From Vulcanimicrobiaceae bacterium (GTDB taxonomy: Bacteria > Vulcanimicrobiota > Vulcanimicrobiia > Vulcanimicrobiales > Vulcanimicrobiaceae), in assembly GCA_036489885.1 (NCBI GenBank), contig DASXEW010000002.1:32111-96110 (forward strand): DNA of 64,000 bases, in the 5' to 3' direction. The notes beneath the pieces are model-generated. The model worked only from the letters and a program-made list of their open reading frames with translations. It made no database searches and was not told where the DNA came from. The translations under genes and the position numbers were made by a program. Positions 1-9,747 of the stretch are shown in pieces; the stretch's first letter is position 1; the number at the start of each line of letters is the position of its first letter.

Positions 1-2
1 CA

Positions 3-1412
3 GCTACGCGCGGCCGGTGTCGAGTTCGTGGAAAGCACGAGCATATAGCCAACTCGAGCCTTTACGGCAACCGGCTCGTCGAAATCGAGCCCTTCGGCAT
101 CGAACCGATCGGATCTGAAGAACGGCACGGTAGACCGCGCGATCTCTTCGGACTCTGGTTTGCTGCGAATGCGGAGACCGCTACATGGTCGGTCGGCGTT
201 CTCGCGCTCGCGTTGTACGGCACGACGCTACCGGCTGCAATCGCCGGGATCGTCGCAGGTAACGTGCTCGGCTACGCGATTCTCGCACTTCTTTCGATGC
301 TTGGACCTCGCTACGGATTGCCTCAAATGATGCAGTCGCGCCTGGCGTTCGGAATACTCGGGAATGTCTTCCCGGCGGTCCTCGCGTTTCTCGCCGGCGT
401 CGGGTGGTTCGCCGTCAATTGCGTCCTCGGCGCATACGCACTCGGTACGCTTACGCACTTGCCGTATCTCATTGCACTGGGCATCATGCTTTTGATTCAG
501 GTTGCAATTGTCGTGTACGGCTACAACATGCTTGCCCATTTCGAGCGCATCACTGCCTTTGCGCTGCTCGGTGGTTTCTGTGTGCTCGGCGCCGCGACGA
601 TACGACACTCCCAATGGAGCGCGCCGTTTAACGTGCATGCGCCAATGTCGCAGGGCGGCGAAACCGGGGGCGCCATTATGGCATTCGCGCTCGCGTTCTC
701 GTATGTCGTCGGATGGGCACCCGCGGCATCCGATTACTCACGCTATCTGCCCCAGACCGCAAGTGCGCGCTCGATATGGATATGGGTGTTTTTCGGTGGT
801 TTCATCCCGAGCACGATTCTCGAAGTTATGGGAGCCGCGACGGTTACTGCTTTACCCGGAATAGACTTGAGCACGCTCCAGCCCACCGCGGCGATTCCGC
901 TCTTGCTCGGCAGCGGAGTTGCGGCTTTCTTTGGGCTCCTGACCATTGTGCTCGGGACGTTGACGGCAAACTGTTTGAACCTCTACTCGGGCGCACTCAG
1001 CGCGCTTGCAGCGGGCGTTCGCGTCCCGCGCTGGCTGGCCGCCGTTCTTATCGGAACGATCGGCGGCACACTCGCGATCCTCGGCTCGCAACCCCAGAAA
1101 ACAGCAGAAACCTACACGAACTTTCTGCTGTTGCTTGCGACGTGGGCGGCGCCGTGGGCCGGCGTCGTCATCGCCCTGTGGTGGCGGACGCGCTCGCAGC
1201 CGGTTGAATCCGCACGCGCATTTGCTCTGCGACCGCTGGTGCGCAATGGATTTCTGGCATGGATCGCCGGCATCGTTGCCTCGATTCCGTTTCTGGATCA
1301 GGCGTGGTTTACGGGCTGGGTCGCACGCGCCAATCCGCAACTCGGCGACATCTCCTACGTCGTCGGAATGTTCGCCGCCGGTGGCGCAATGCTCGCACTC
1401 AGAAGGCGTTGA
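3..1412 (+). CDS. NCS1-family (cytosine/purine/allantoin-type) permease, 5' end at or beyond the window edge
   Basis: The track ORF 213..1412 is a polytopic membrane protein with CodB/NCS1-like motifs (GPRYGLPQMMQSRLAFG, GWFAVN). The same frame stays open back to nt 3 and encodes the expected N-terminal segment VEIEPFGIEPIGSEERHGRPRDLFGLWFAAN. It contains no ATG, GTG or TTG, so the start lies upstream of the window or is non-canonical. Confidence 0.75.
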   Translation, partial: ATRGRCRVRGKHEHIANSSLYGNRLVEIEPFGIEPIGSEERHGRPRDLFGLWFAANAETATWSVGVLALALYGTTLPAAIAGIVAGNVLGYAILALLSMLGPRYGLPQMMQSRLAFGILGNVFPAVLAFLAGVGWFAVNCVLGAYALGTLTHLPYLIALGIMLLIQVAIVVYGYNMLAHFERITAFALLGGFCVLGAATIRHSQWSAPFNVHAPMSQGGETGGAIMAFALAFSYVVGWAPAASDYSRYLPQTASARSIWIWVFFGGFIPSTILEVMGAATVTALPGIDLSTLQPTAAIPLLLGSGVAAFFGLLTIVLGTLTANCLNLYSGALSALAAGVRVPRWLAAVLIGTIGGTLAILGSQPQKTAETYTNFLLLLATWAAPWAGVVIALWWRTRSQPVESARAFALRPLVRNGFLAWIAGIVASIPFLDQAWFTGWVARANPQLGDISYVVGMFAAGGAMLALRRR

Positions 1413-2583
1413 AGCCGGTTACCGCCTGACCCAAAATCAGTCCGTGTACGTCATGCGTGCCTTCGTACGTGTAGACCGATTCCAGGTTTGCCATGTGACG
1501 CATCGGGCTGTACTCGGCGAGGATCCCGTTTGCGCCAAGCATGCGGCGCGCCGTGCGCGCGACGTCGCACGCCACGTCGACGTTGTTGCGCTTCGCCAAA
1601 CTGACTTGCTGCGGCGTGTACGTGCCCGCATCTTTGAGACGGCCGAGGTGATATGCAATCAGCTGCGCGCCCGTTATCGCCGTCAGCATCTCGGCCAGTT
1701 TTTCTTGTTGCAGCTGCTTTGCACCGAGCGGTACGCCGAAAACTTCGCGCGTCTTGCTGTATTCGACGGCTTGCTCGAAACACGCCATCGCGGCGCCGAT
1801 CGCGCCCCACGCAATTCCGTACCGCGCTTGTGTGAGACACATCAGGGGCGATTTCAGGCCTCCACTTTTTGGTAAGACCGCGTCTTCTGCAAGCTCGACT
1901 TCATCGAAGACTAACTCGCTGGTATCGGACGCACGCAGTGAATGCTTGCCTTTTTGATCCCGTGCGCTGAATCCGCGTGACCCGCGCTCGACGAGAAAAC
2001 CGCGAATCGATGATTCGTCGCCGTCGTCGGTTTTTGCCCACACGACCGCGACGTCCGCACGCGAGCCGTTGGTGATCCACATCTTCGAGCCGGAGAGAAT
2101 CCACGAACCGCCCTTGTGCCGCGCGCGCGTCAGCATCCCAGCCGGATTCGATCCGAAGTCCGGCTCGGTGAGGCCGAAACAGCCGATCTTTTCGCCTTTC
2201 GCGAGCGCGGGCAGCCAGCGGCGGCGTTGCTCTTCGCTTCCGAACGCGTAGATCGGATACATGACGAGCGCGCCTTGCACGCTTGCGAACGATCGCAAAC
2301 CGGAATCCCCGCGCTCGAGCTCTTGCATGCACAGCCCGTACGCGATGTTGTCGAGTCCCGCGCACCCGTATTCTTCCGGCAGCGTCGCGCCAAACACGCC
2401 GAGTGCCGCGAGCTCCGCGGTCAGCTCGCTTGGGAACCGTCCCTCGAGCCATGCCGCATCGATGACCGGAGCTACGCGTTCGTCGACAAAGTCACGGATC
2501 GTGTCGCGGATCTGACGCTGCTCGGGCGTCAAGAACGAATCGATATTGTAGAAGTCGATCGGACGGGTTCGCGTTGCTTGCAT
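1399..2583 (-). CDS. gcdH: glutaryl-CoA dehydrogenase (acyl-CoA dehydrogenase family)
   Basis: 394 aa. Close to GCDH along the full length (CFGLTEPDFGSNPAGMLTRA, WITNG, ARYGIAWGAIGAA, YTYEGTHDVHGLILGQAVTG). Its 3' end overlaps the convergent permease by 14 nt. Confidence 0.85.
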   Translation of the reverse strand: MQATRTRPIDFYNIDSFLTPEQRQIRDTIRDFVDERVAPVIDAAWLEGRFPSELTAELAALGVFGATLPEEYGCAGLDNIAYGLCMQELERGDSGLRSFASVQGALVMYPIYAFGSEEQRRRWLPALAKGEKIGCFGLTEPDFGSNPAGMLTRARHKGGSWILSGSKMWITNGSRADVAVVWAKTDDGDESSIRGFLVERGSRGFSARDQKGKHSLRASDTSELVFDEVELAEDAVLPKSGGLKSPLMCLTQARYGIAWGAIGAAMACFEQAVEYSKTREVFGVPLGAKQLQQEKLAEMLTAITGAQLIAYHLGRLKDAGTYTPQQVSLAKRNNVDVACDVARTARRMLGANGILAEYSPMRHMANLESVYTYEGTHDVHGLILGQAVTGFNAF

Positions 2584-2593
2584 CAGCGAGATT

Positions 2594-3031
2594 TCACCGG
2601 CGCAGGACGCGCGCCATCTTATCGAAGAGCGCGGTCATCGTGCGCTCGTGGACGTCTTCAAACCGGCGCCAGAAGAGGCGGCCTTCCGGTTCGGAGAGCA
2701 CGGCTTCGATCCGGTGCGCTACCGTCGTCTGCTTGCCCTCGACCGAGATGTAGAAGCCGTGGGTCCCGCTGACGCCGTCATTGAGAAAGCGCCAAACGAT
2801 CTTTTCTTCGGGGACGACCTCTTCCAAGGTAGCGTGCACGCCGCTGTGCCACTCTTCGGTTCGGTCCGGAATGAGCGGCCCCGGCGAGCGCATAAACGGC
2901 TGCGAAGCGAAGGGCCAGATCACGTCGTTCGAGGTGCCCATGTCGACCAGCAATTGGAAAATCCGGCGCTTCGTCCCATTAAAGGTGCGCTGGTGCGAGA
3001 CCCTGAGCGGCGTGGTCGGCTCGGCTGCCAT
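2594..3031 (-). CDS. SRPBCC (START/polyketide-cyclase-like) superfamily protein
   Basis: 145 aa, with size and pattern typical of the SRPBCC fold. It lies 10 nt upstream of gcdH on the same strand. The family call is weak. Confidence 0.4.
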   Translation of the reverse strand: MAAEPTTPLRVSHQRTFNGTKRRIFQLLVDMGTSNDVIWPFASQPFMRSPGPLIPDRTEEWHSGVHATLEEVVPEEKIVWRFLNDGVSGTHGFYISVEGKQTTVAHRIEAVLSEPEGRLFWRRFEDVHERTMTALFDKMARVLRR

Positions 3032-3070
3032 TCAGATAATCTTCTGTGTTTGTCTGAGCCCTCCTCAGCC

Positions 3071-3098
3071 AAACAACAAAAAGAGCGCCTAGGCGCTC
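3071..3098 (-). terminator. rho-independent terminator downstream of rpsJ (possibly bidirectional)
   Basis: Perfect palindrome GAGCGCCTAGGCGCTC (3083..3098). On the minus strand it is followed by TTTTTGTTGTTT (3071..3082). On the plus strand it is followed by ATTTTCT. Confidence 0.7.
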
Positions 3099-3127
3099 AT
3101 TTTCTCGGGGCCTGGGCTAAATGAGCC

Positions 3128-3436
3128 CTAGGCCTTCAGTTCGATGTCGACACCAGCCGGCAAGTCGAGGTGCATCAGCGCATCCATCGTCTTGGGCGAG
3201 GCTTGCAAGATGTCGATGAGGCGCTTATGGGTGCGCATCTCAAAGTGCTCGCGGCTTTTCTTGTCGACGTGCGGTGAACGGTTCACGCAAAAGCGATTGA
3301 TCTCGGTCGGAAGCGGCACCGGTCCGCTAACGAATGCGCCGGTACGCTTCGCCGTCTCGACAATCCGCTCGGCGGACTGATCCAGGACGCGATGATCATA
3401 GGCTTTTAAACGAATTCGAATTTTCTGCTTCGCCAT
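3128..3436 (-). CDS. rpsJ: 30S ribosomal protein S10
   Basis: [21 protein letters not shown]...[14 protein letters not shown] prefer the ATG at 3436, because the track ORF adds 6 residues from an upstream GTG. Confidence 0.95.
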   Translation of the reverse strand: MAKQKIRIRLKAYDHRVLDQSAERIVETAKRTGAFVSGPVPLPTEINRFCVNRSPHVDKKSREHFEMRTHKRLIDILQASPKTMDALMHLDLPAGVDIELKA

Positions 3437-3474
3437 TTTCTTAGAACCATTCACTTTTCAAGGAGCGGGGAACC

Positions 3475-3500
3475 GAGGAGCCGTCTTTCGACGGCCCCCC
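3475..3500 (-). other. stable hairpin in the tuf-rpsJ spacer (11-bp stem, GAAA loop)
   Basis: The minus strand reads GGGGGGCCGTC-GAAA-GACGGCTCCTC. It has no U-tract, so it is probably a processing or stabilising element or a partial attenuator. Confidence 0.5.
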
Positions 3501-3511
3501 ATTATATCATG

Positions 3512-4714
3512 TTAAACCTGGATCGCTGTGACGACGCCCGCGCCGACCGTGCGGCCACCCTCGCGGATTGCGAAGCGCAGGCCTTCCTCGCACGCGATCG
3601 GCGTGATCAGCTCGACGTTCATCGTAACGTTGTCGCCGGGCATTACCATCTCGACCCCGTCCGGAAGCGCGATCGTTCCGGTTACGTCGGTCGTGCGGAA
3701 GTAAAACTGCGGACGATAGTTTGCAAAGAACGGCGTGTGGCGTCCGCCCTCTTCTTTGGAGAGGACGTAAACCTCGGCCGCGAACTTGGTGTGCGGTTTG
3801 ATCGAGCCGGGCTTCGCGAGAACCTGACCGCGCTCGATGTCGGTACGTTCCACGCCGCGCAGCAGCACGCCGATGTTGTCGCCGGCAATACCGGTGTCAA
3901 GCAGCTTGCGGAACATTTCGATTCCGGTGACGACGGACTTGCGCGTCTCGGCGGTGAGACCGACGATCTCGACTTCCTCGCCAACCTTGACTTGACCGCG
4001 CTCGACGCGTCCCGTTCCGACCGTTCCGCGGCCGGTGATCGTGAACACGTCTTCGACCGGCATCAAGAACGGCTTGTCGAGTGCGCGCTCCGGCGTCGGG
4101 ATATATTCGTCGACCTTTTCCATGAGATCGAAGATTGGTTTGGCATCCGCGTCTTCACGCTTGCCGCTCGATTGGAGCGCCTTAAGAGCCGAGCCGCGGA
4201 CGAACGGAATGTCGTCGCCGGGATACTCGTACTTCGAGAGCAGTTCGCGAACTTCGAGCTCGACGAGATCGAGAAGCTCGGCATCGTCGACCATGTCGAC
4301 TTTGTTGAGGAAGACGACGATATATTTCACGCCGACTTGCTGCATTAACAAGATGTGCTCGCGCGTTTGCGGCATCGGGCCGTCCGTTGCGGAGACAACC
4401 AGGATCGCGCCGTCCATTTGAGCCGCGCCGGTGATCATGTTTTTGATGTAGTCGGCATGACCCGGGCAATCGACGTGCGCGTAATGACGCGCTTTCGTCT
4501 CGTACTCCTGGTGCGAAATCGCGATCGTGATACCACGCTCTTTCTCTTCGGGAGCGTTGTCGATGTCATCGACGCTGCGCTTCGCAATGTTGGCATTCTC
4601 GGTTGCCAAGCAATTGATGATCGCCGCCGTGAGCGTCGTCTTGCCATGGTCGATATGACCCGTGGTGCCGATGTTGACGTGTGGTTTCGACCGTTCGAAT
4701 TTCGCTTTCGCCAT
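3512..4714 (-). CDS. tuf: elongation factor Tu
   Basis: 400 aa, with [18 protein letters not shown] and NKVD motifs. Confidence 0.98.
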   Translation of the reverse strand: MAKAKFERSKPHVNIGTTGHIDHGKTTLTAAIINCLATENANIAKRSVDDIDNAPEEKERGITIAISHQEYETKARHYAHVDCPGHADYIKNMITGAAQMDGAILVVSATDGPMPQTREHILLMQQVGVKYIVVFLNKVDMVDDAELLDLVELEVRELLSKYEYPGDDIPFVRGSALKALQSSGKREDADAKPIFDLMEKVDEYIPTPERALDKPFLMPVEDVFTITGRGTVGTGRVERGQVKVGEEVEIVGLTAETRKSVVTGIEMFRKLLDTGIAGDNIGVLLRGVERTDIERGQVLAKPGSIKPHTKFAAEVYVLSKEEGGRHTPFFANYRPQFYFRTTDVTGTIALPDGVEMVMPGDNVTMNVELITPIACEEGLRFAIREGGRTVGAGVVTAIQV

Positions 4715-4764
4715 GATTTACGTTGCCCTTATTTCCTCTCTGCGTGCTTTCTTGTAGACCGCGC

Positions 4765-6861
4765 CTATGCGGTCGCGAGCTTTTTACCTTGAGCTTTTGC
4801 TACGATCTCTTCTTCGACGCTTCGCGGCGCCTTCTCGTAGTGTGCGAACTCCATCGTGTACGTCGCCCGGCCTTGCGTCGATGAACGCAGGTCGGTGGCG
4901 TAGCCGAACATCTCTGAGAGCGGAACGTTCGCCTTGATAACTTGCGCACTACCTTGCGCTTCTTCCGTCGATTGGATCATGCCGCGACGACGCATCAGGT
5001 CGCCGTTGACGGCACCTAAGTAGTCCTTGGGTGTCGTAACCTCGACGCCCATGATCGGCTCGAGTAGGATTGGCCCGGCCGCTTTGTTGGCGTCGCGGAA
5101 CGCCATCGACGCGGCGATCTTGTACGCGATTTCCGATGAGTCTACGTCGTGGTACGAACCATCGATCGCGGTCGCTTTGAAATCGAGAACCGGATAACCA
5201 GCCAGAACGCCGTTTTCGGCGGATTCCCGGATGCCCTCTTGGACGGCTTTCGAGTACTCCTTAGGAATCGAGCCGCCGACGATCTTCCACTCGAAGACGT
5301 AGCCGCTTCCGGTCTCGCCGGGTTCGACCCGAATCGTGACGTCGCCGTACTGACCCTTACCGCCGGTCTGGCGGATGAAGCGTCCCTGACGTTCGACCGT
5401 CTTCGTGATCCACTCTCTGTAGGCCACTTGCGGCTTGCCGACGTTGGCTTCAACCTTGAATTCGCGCTTGAGACGATCGAGGATGATCTCGAGATGCAGC
5501 TCGCCCATTCCGGCGATGATCGTTTGTTGCGTCTCCTCGTCCGTCCGCATCTTGAACGTCGGATCTTCTTGCGCAAGCCGTGTGAGCGCCTGACCGAGCT
5601 TGTCTTGATCGGCTTTGGTCTTCGGCTCGATGGCCTGCGAGATAACCGGTTCGGGGAACGTGATCGTCTCGAGGATGATCGGGTTCTTCTCGTCGCACAG
5701 CGTATCGCCGGTGCGCGTGTCGGAGAGACCGACCGCTGCTGCGATGTCACCCGCGCCTATCCAATCGATGTCCTCGCGGTGATTCGCGTGCATGCGCAGG
5801 ATGCGCCCGATGCGCTCCTTGCGTCCCGTACGCGCGTTGTAAATGTACGTGCCTTTTTCGAGCACGCCCGAGTACACGCGGAAATACGTTAGGTTGCCGT
5901 ACGGATCGGTCGCGATTTTGAACGCAAGCGCGGAAAACGCTTCGTTGTCGTCCGGCTTACGCCTAATCTCGGCGCCGGTTTTCGGATCTTTTCCGATGAT
6001 CGACTTGGCTTCGAGCGGTGAGGGCAAGAAGTCGACGACGGCATCGAGCAGCGGCTGAACGCCCTTATTCTTGAATGCCGACCCGCACAACATCGGAAGC
6101 ACGGTACCGGCGATCGTGGCAAGACGCAGCGCGCGCTTGAGACGCTCTTCCGGAATCGTCTTTCCTTCGAGATACATCTCGGTGAGCTCGTCGTCTTGCT
6201 CCGCGATGGCTTCGATCAGCTGGAAGCGCCACTTCTCGGCCAAATCGCGCAGCTCGCCGGGTTCGACGTCCTTGTGCTCGATCGTGTTGCCGAGATCGTC
6301 GGTATAGATGATCTTCTTCATCGTGAAGAGATCGACAACACCGAGGAACTTGTCTTCGGCGCCGATCGGAACTTGAATCGGAACGGCCGGCGCGCCGAGA
6401 CGCTCGCGGATCTTGGTGACGCAGTTAAAGAAATCTGCGCCCATGCGATCCATCTTGTTTACGAAGATGATGCGCGGGACGTTATATTTGTTAGCCTGAC
6501 GCCAGACCGTCTCGGACTGCGGCTGCACGGCGGCAACCGAGTCGAATAATGCGACGAGGCCGTCGAGGACGCGCAGTGAGCGTTCAACTTCGACGGTAAA
6601 GTCAACGTGGCCAGGCGTATCAATAATATTGATGCGCGTGTCGCGCCACGTGCACGCCGTCGCCGCTGAGGTGATCGTAATGCCGCGCTCCTGCTCTTGG
6701 ACCATCCAGTCCATCGTTGCGGAGCCGTCATGAACTTCACCCAGCCGATGCGTACGGCCGGTGTAGAAAAGGATGCGTTCGGTCGCCGTCGTCTTGCCGG
6801 CATCGATGTGCGCGGCAATGCCGATGTTTCGCGTCCGCTCGAGTGGAAACTCCCGGGCCAT
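4765..6861 (-). CDS. fusA: elongation factor G
   Basis: 698 aa, with [17 protein letters not shown] and NKMD motifs. Canonical str-operon position. Confidence 0.98.
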   Translation of the reverse strand: MAREFPLERTRNIGIAAHIDAGKTTATERILFYTGRTHRLGEVHDGSATMDWMVQEQERGITITSAATACTWRDTRINIIDTPGHVDFTVEVERSLRVLDGLVALFDSVAAVQPQSETVWRQANKYNVPRIIFVNKMDRMGADFFNCVTKIRERLGAPAVPIQVPIGAEDKFLGVVDLFTMKKIIYTDDLGNTIEHKDVEPGELRDLAEKWRFQLIEAIAEQDDELTEMYLEGKTIPEERLKRALRLATIAGTVLPMLCGSAFKNKGVQPLLDAVVDFLPSPLEAKSIIGKDPKTGAEIRRKPDDNEAFSALAFKIATDPYGNLTYFRVYSGVLEKGTYIYNARTGRKERIGRILRMHANHREDIDWIGAGDIAAAVGLSDTRTGDTLCDEKNPIILETITFPEPVISQAIEPKTKADQDKLGQALTRLAQEDPTFKMRTDEETQQTIIAGMGELHLEIILDRLKREFKVEANVGKPQVAYREWITKTVERQGRFIRQTGGKGQYGDVTIRVEPGETGSGYVFEWKIVGGSIPKEYSKAVQEGIRESAENGVLAGYPVLDFKATAIDGSYHDVDSSEIAYKIAASMAFRDANKAAGPILLEPIMGVEVTTPKDYLGAVNGDLMRRRGMIQSTEEAQGSAQVIKANVPLSEMFGYATDLRSSTQGRATYTMEFAHYEKAPRSVEEEIVAKAQGKKLATA

Positions 6862-6873
6862 TGTTTTTAAAAT

Positions 6874-7344
6874 CTACCAGCGATAGTGTGCGAAGGCTTT
6901 GTTGGCCTCTGCCATTTTGTGAGTGTCGTCGCGCTTCTTGACCGAAGCTCCGACGTTATTAGCGGCATCCATCAGCTCGCTCGCAAGCTTTTCTTCCATC
7001 GAGTGCCCTGGACGCAGCCGTGCAAAACCGATGAGCCAGCGCATCGCCATCGCTTGACGGCGATCGGGACGCACCTCCATTGGAACTTGATACGTCGCGC
7101 CGCCGACTCGGCGGGGACGAACCTCAACCATCGGCATTGCATTTCCGAGGGCTTGCGTGAAGATATCCATCGGGTCGCGTCCGGTCTTCTCTCCAACGAT
7201 GTTGAGAGCTTGATACGTGATCCGTTCCGCGATGGATTTCTTCCCGCGCATCATCACCTTATTAATGAAGCGCGCGAGCACTTTGGAATTGAACTTCGGA
7301 TCCGGTAGGATCGGTCGCTTGGGCGAGGGTCCTTTGCGGGGCAT
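6874..7344 (-). CDS. rpsG: 30S ribosomal protein S7
   Basis: 156 aa, ending in ...KAFAHYRW. Confidence 0.97.
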   Translation of the reverse strand: MPRKGPSPKRPILPDPKFNSKVLARFINKVMMRGKKSIAERITYQALNIVGEKTGRDPMDIFTQALGNAMPMVEVRPRRVGGATYQVPMEVRPDRRQAMAMRWLIGFARLRPGHSMEEKLASELMDAANNVGASVKKRDDTHKMAEANKAFAHYRW

Positions 7345-7358
7345 CTTTTCTGCTTTCG

Positions 7359-7793
7359 CTATTTCGGGCGCTTAGCGCCGTACTTGGAGCGGCCTTGTTT
7401 GCGATTCGCGGTACCCGACGTGTCGAGCGTTCCGCGAATGATGTGGTAGCGCACGCCAGGGAGATCCTTGACGCGGCCGCCTCGTACAAGAACCACGCTG
7501 TGCTCTTGAAGGTTGTGCCCGATGCCTGGAATGTACGCGGTCACTTCCTCACCATTGGTCAGGCGGACGCGCGCGACTTTGCGCAAGGCGGAATTGGGCT
7601 TCTTCGGCGTTACGGTCTTCACTTGAGTGCACACGCCGCGGCGCTGCGGATTGCCGGTAACTTCAAAACTGCGCGTCGGCAAATCAGGATGACCGGGTTT
7701 TGGACCCGTTTGAATCACGCGGAATGCGCGGGTCTTCACCTTTTTTGCAATTTTCGAACGGCCCTTACGGACCAGCTGACTGATTGTCGGCAA
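7359..7793 (-). CDS. rpsL: 30S ribosomal protein S12 carrying a ~20-aa N-terminal-region insertion
   Basis: TTG start with a GGGAG Shine-Dalgarno. Conserved [18 protein letters not shown] and [13 protein letters not shown] motifs. 144 aa against the usual ~124 aa. Confidence 0.95.
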   Translation of the reverse strand: MPTISQLVRKGRSKIAKKVKTRAFRVIQTGPKPGHPDLPTRSFEVTGNPQRRGVCTQVKTVTPKKPNSALRKVARVRLTNGEEVTAYIPGIGHNLQEHSVVLVRGGRVKDLPGVRYHIIRGTLDTSGTANRKQGRSKYGAKRPK

Positions 7794-7804
7794 CCTTGCT
7801 CCCT

Positions 7805-7843
7805 AGAACAACACAAAAGTGGCCACACCGACGGGGTGGGGCC
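7805..7843 (-). terminator. terminator-like hairpin plus U-tract inside the rpsL leader (candidate attenuator or 5' stabiliser)
   Basis: The minus strand reads GGCCCCACC-CCGTC-GGTGTGGCC followed by ACTTTTGTGTTGTT. It ends 11 nt before the rpsL TTG and lies downstream of the promoter at 7855..7883. Confidence 0.5.
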
Positions 7844-7854
7844 GCAACCACGGG

Positions 7855-7883
7855 ATTATAGCAGTGGCTCTGCGTCCGGTCAA
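7855..7883 (-). promoter_or_regulatory. sigma-70-type promoter for the str operon
   Basis: The minus strand reads TTGACC (7883..7878), a 17-nt spacer, then TATAAT (7860..7855). Confidence 0.6.
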
Positions 7884-7922
7884 TTCGGTTGAAGAGCCCG
7901 CTGCGGGCACCTCGCCAGACCC

Positions 7923-8300
7923 CTATTGGAAGAGAATAGTGGCGGTCGCCCCTCCGGCGCTTGACCTAATCCTGACGGCGCAGCCTGCGGGGCTGCCCGT
8001 GCGGGTAAAAGTGAACGGTCCACTCGAGGTGACCGGGTTGCCCGGAAGCGGCCGCGAGTCGCCGGTGAGGGTCACGGTTCCCGTGCACAGCATCCCCGGC
8101 GTCGCGATGAAATAGGTCCCGGCCGGGGCATGGTCTTGCGTGGCGGTTGCCGACTGTGAGGTCGCGCCGGCAAAGCTAATCCCGTACGTGCTCTTTCCCT
8201 GGACGAGCACCGGCCCAACGGCGGCAGGCGCAGCCGTTGCACTCGGCGTCGCGACTGGGAGCGCAAGAATCAGGGCGGCTAACGTTGTGGTGGCCAACAT
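7923..8300 (-). CDS. small secreted hypothetical protein
   Basis: The ATG at 8300 gives 125 aa with a signal-peptide-like N-terminus (MLATTTLAALILALPVATPSATAAP) and two Cys. The longer track ORF (to 8567) would overlap the SDR gene. Confidence 0.5.
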   Translation of the reverse strand: MLATTTLAALILALPVATPSATAAPAAVGPVLVQGKSTYGISFAGATSQSATATQDHAPAGTYFIATPGMLCTGTVTLTGDSRPLPGNPVTSSGPFTFTRTGSPAGCAVRIRSSAGGATATILFQ

Positions 8301-8332
8301 TGCGCCGCGTTTATACCCCGGTTGCCGGCAGC

Positions 8333-9070
8333 TTAGGCCGGCGCGAATCCCGTCGTGCGGCCGCCGTCGATCGCGAGAACGATCCCAGTAATGTACGATG
8401 CATCGTCGCTCGCCAAGAACAAGGTAGCCGCTGCGACTTCCTCGGGACGCCCGGCGCGTTGCAGCGGCGTTCCCTCGAGCGCGAGATGCCGGACCCGTTC
8501 GGGGATCGCAGCCGTCATCGGCGTTTCGATATAGCCCGGTGCCAGCGCGTTGACGCGCACGTTCCATTTTCCGTACTCGAGCGCAAGCGTTCGCGTCAAG
8601 CTCACGACGCCACCCTTGCTTGCCGCATAGTTCGATTGGCCGATGTTGCCAAGATACGAACGGGACGACGTCAGGATGATGCTGCCGCCACCGCCGGCGC
8701 GCATTTCAACCGCAGCCGCACGCGCCGTCAGAAACGTTCCGGTCAGATTCACGCGCAAGACTTCTTCCCACGCGTCGAGCTCGAGTTTCGACGCCATCGC
8801 GTCTTTCGTGATGCCCGCGAAGTGCGCGAGCACGTCGACCCGGCCGTGTTCGTCCTTCGTACGCCCGAAGAGCTCCGCAACGCTCGCTTGGTCGGCGACG
8901 TCGACGTCGAGCGCAAGCACTGCGTCCCCCAAGACCGTTCGCACGCGGTCGAGATCCAGATCCGCCGCCACGACGCGCGCGCCTTCTTCCGCGAATCGCA
9001 GCGCAGTTGCGCGGCCAATGCCGCTCGCCGCACCGGTGACGATCGCGACCTTTCCCTCGAGCCTGTTCAC
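8333..9070 (-). CDS. SDR-family oxidoreductase (FabG-like)
   Basis: TGAASGIGRA glycine loop, YAASKGG catalytic motif, 245 aa. Confidence 0.85.
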   Translation of the reverse strand: MNRLEGKVAIVTGAASGIGRATALRFAEEGARVVAADLDLDRVRTVLGDAVLALDVDVADQASVAELFGRTKDEHGRVDVLAHFAGITKDAMASKLELDAWEEVLRVNLTGTFLTARAAAVEMRAGGGGSIILTSSRSYLGNIGQSNYAASKGGVVSLTRTLALEYGKWNVRVNALAPGYIETPMTAAIPERVRHLALEGTPLQRAGRPEEVAAATLFLASDDASYITGIVLAIDGGRTTGFAPA

Positions 9071-9678
9071 TCCGTTACGGGTTCGTACACTATGGGCGGC
9101 CCGAAGACTTGATACCGGCCACCCGACTCGTGCTCGAACGTGATCCGTTTCGGCAATCGTTCGAGCGAACGTCCGTAAGCGTGCAAATGGAGCGAATTTC
9201 CATTGCCGCTCACGCAGATCGTATGAAAGTCATTCGGCATGAGCGCGACTGCGTTTCCACGTTTCACGGTAATCGCACCGACGTGCTCGAGCCGGCCTTC
9301 GTTTGGAACCGAACGATCGTCGCTACGGCGGTACAGCACGTTGCGCTCGTCGCCGAAAACGCCGGAGATCACCGCCCACGTGGTGTGGTTGTGCGGCGGC
9401 TGTGATTTCCCGGGCGCACCGACCGACGCATACATCGCAAAGCGGCCGTCCGCGTCTTCGGACAGCCGGTAGATGCGCGGCGCCGAACCTTCACCCAGCG
9501 GAAAATGTTCCCACGGAAAGAGCTCCGTCTGCGACGCCAGCTCCGTAAGCAGCGTCTTGATGTTCTCCAGACTTTTTCGCGAGATGCCTGCGGCGCTGAC
9601 CTTGCGGATCGCATCGATCGTTTGCGCGACCTTGTATGCGCGGAGGCCTTGCGTCGTCGTTGTGTTTTGCGTCAGCAT
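9067..9678 (-). CDS. cupin-fold metalloprotein (cysteine-dioxygenase-type / COG5553-like)
   Basis: Cupin motif 1 is GKSQPPHNHTTWAVISGVFG and motif 2 is GNAVALMPNDFHTICVSG. It overlaps the SDR gene by 4 nt. The start is uncertain: ATG at 9678 or TTG at 9735. Confidence 0.6.
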   Translation of the reverse strand: MLTQNTTTTQGLRAYKVAQTIDAIRKVSAAGISRKSLENIKTLLTELASQTELFPWEHFPLGEGSAPRIYRLSEDADGRFAMYASVGAPGKSQPPHNHTTWAVISGVFGDERNVLYRRSDDRSVPNEGRLEHVGAITVKRGNAVALMPNDFHTICVSGNGNSLHLHAYGRSLERLPKRITFEHESGGRYQVFGPPIVYEPVTE

Positions 9679-9747
9679 AAAGGGGAGGTGGAGCACGTTC
9701 CGCCGGGAAGTCGGCGGTCCCTCGCTTCCATCCAAAAGGGGAGTTCA

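Noticed and set aside
3501-3509. An extended -10 element (TGATATAAT on the minus strand) right after the tuf stop, as an internal rpsJ promoter.
   Set aside because: There is no -35 element. The predicted start site would fall inside the 5' arm of the adjacent hairpin. It may be a chance match, so I kept it only as a note.
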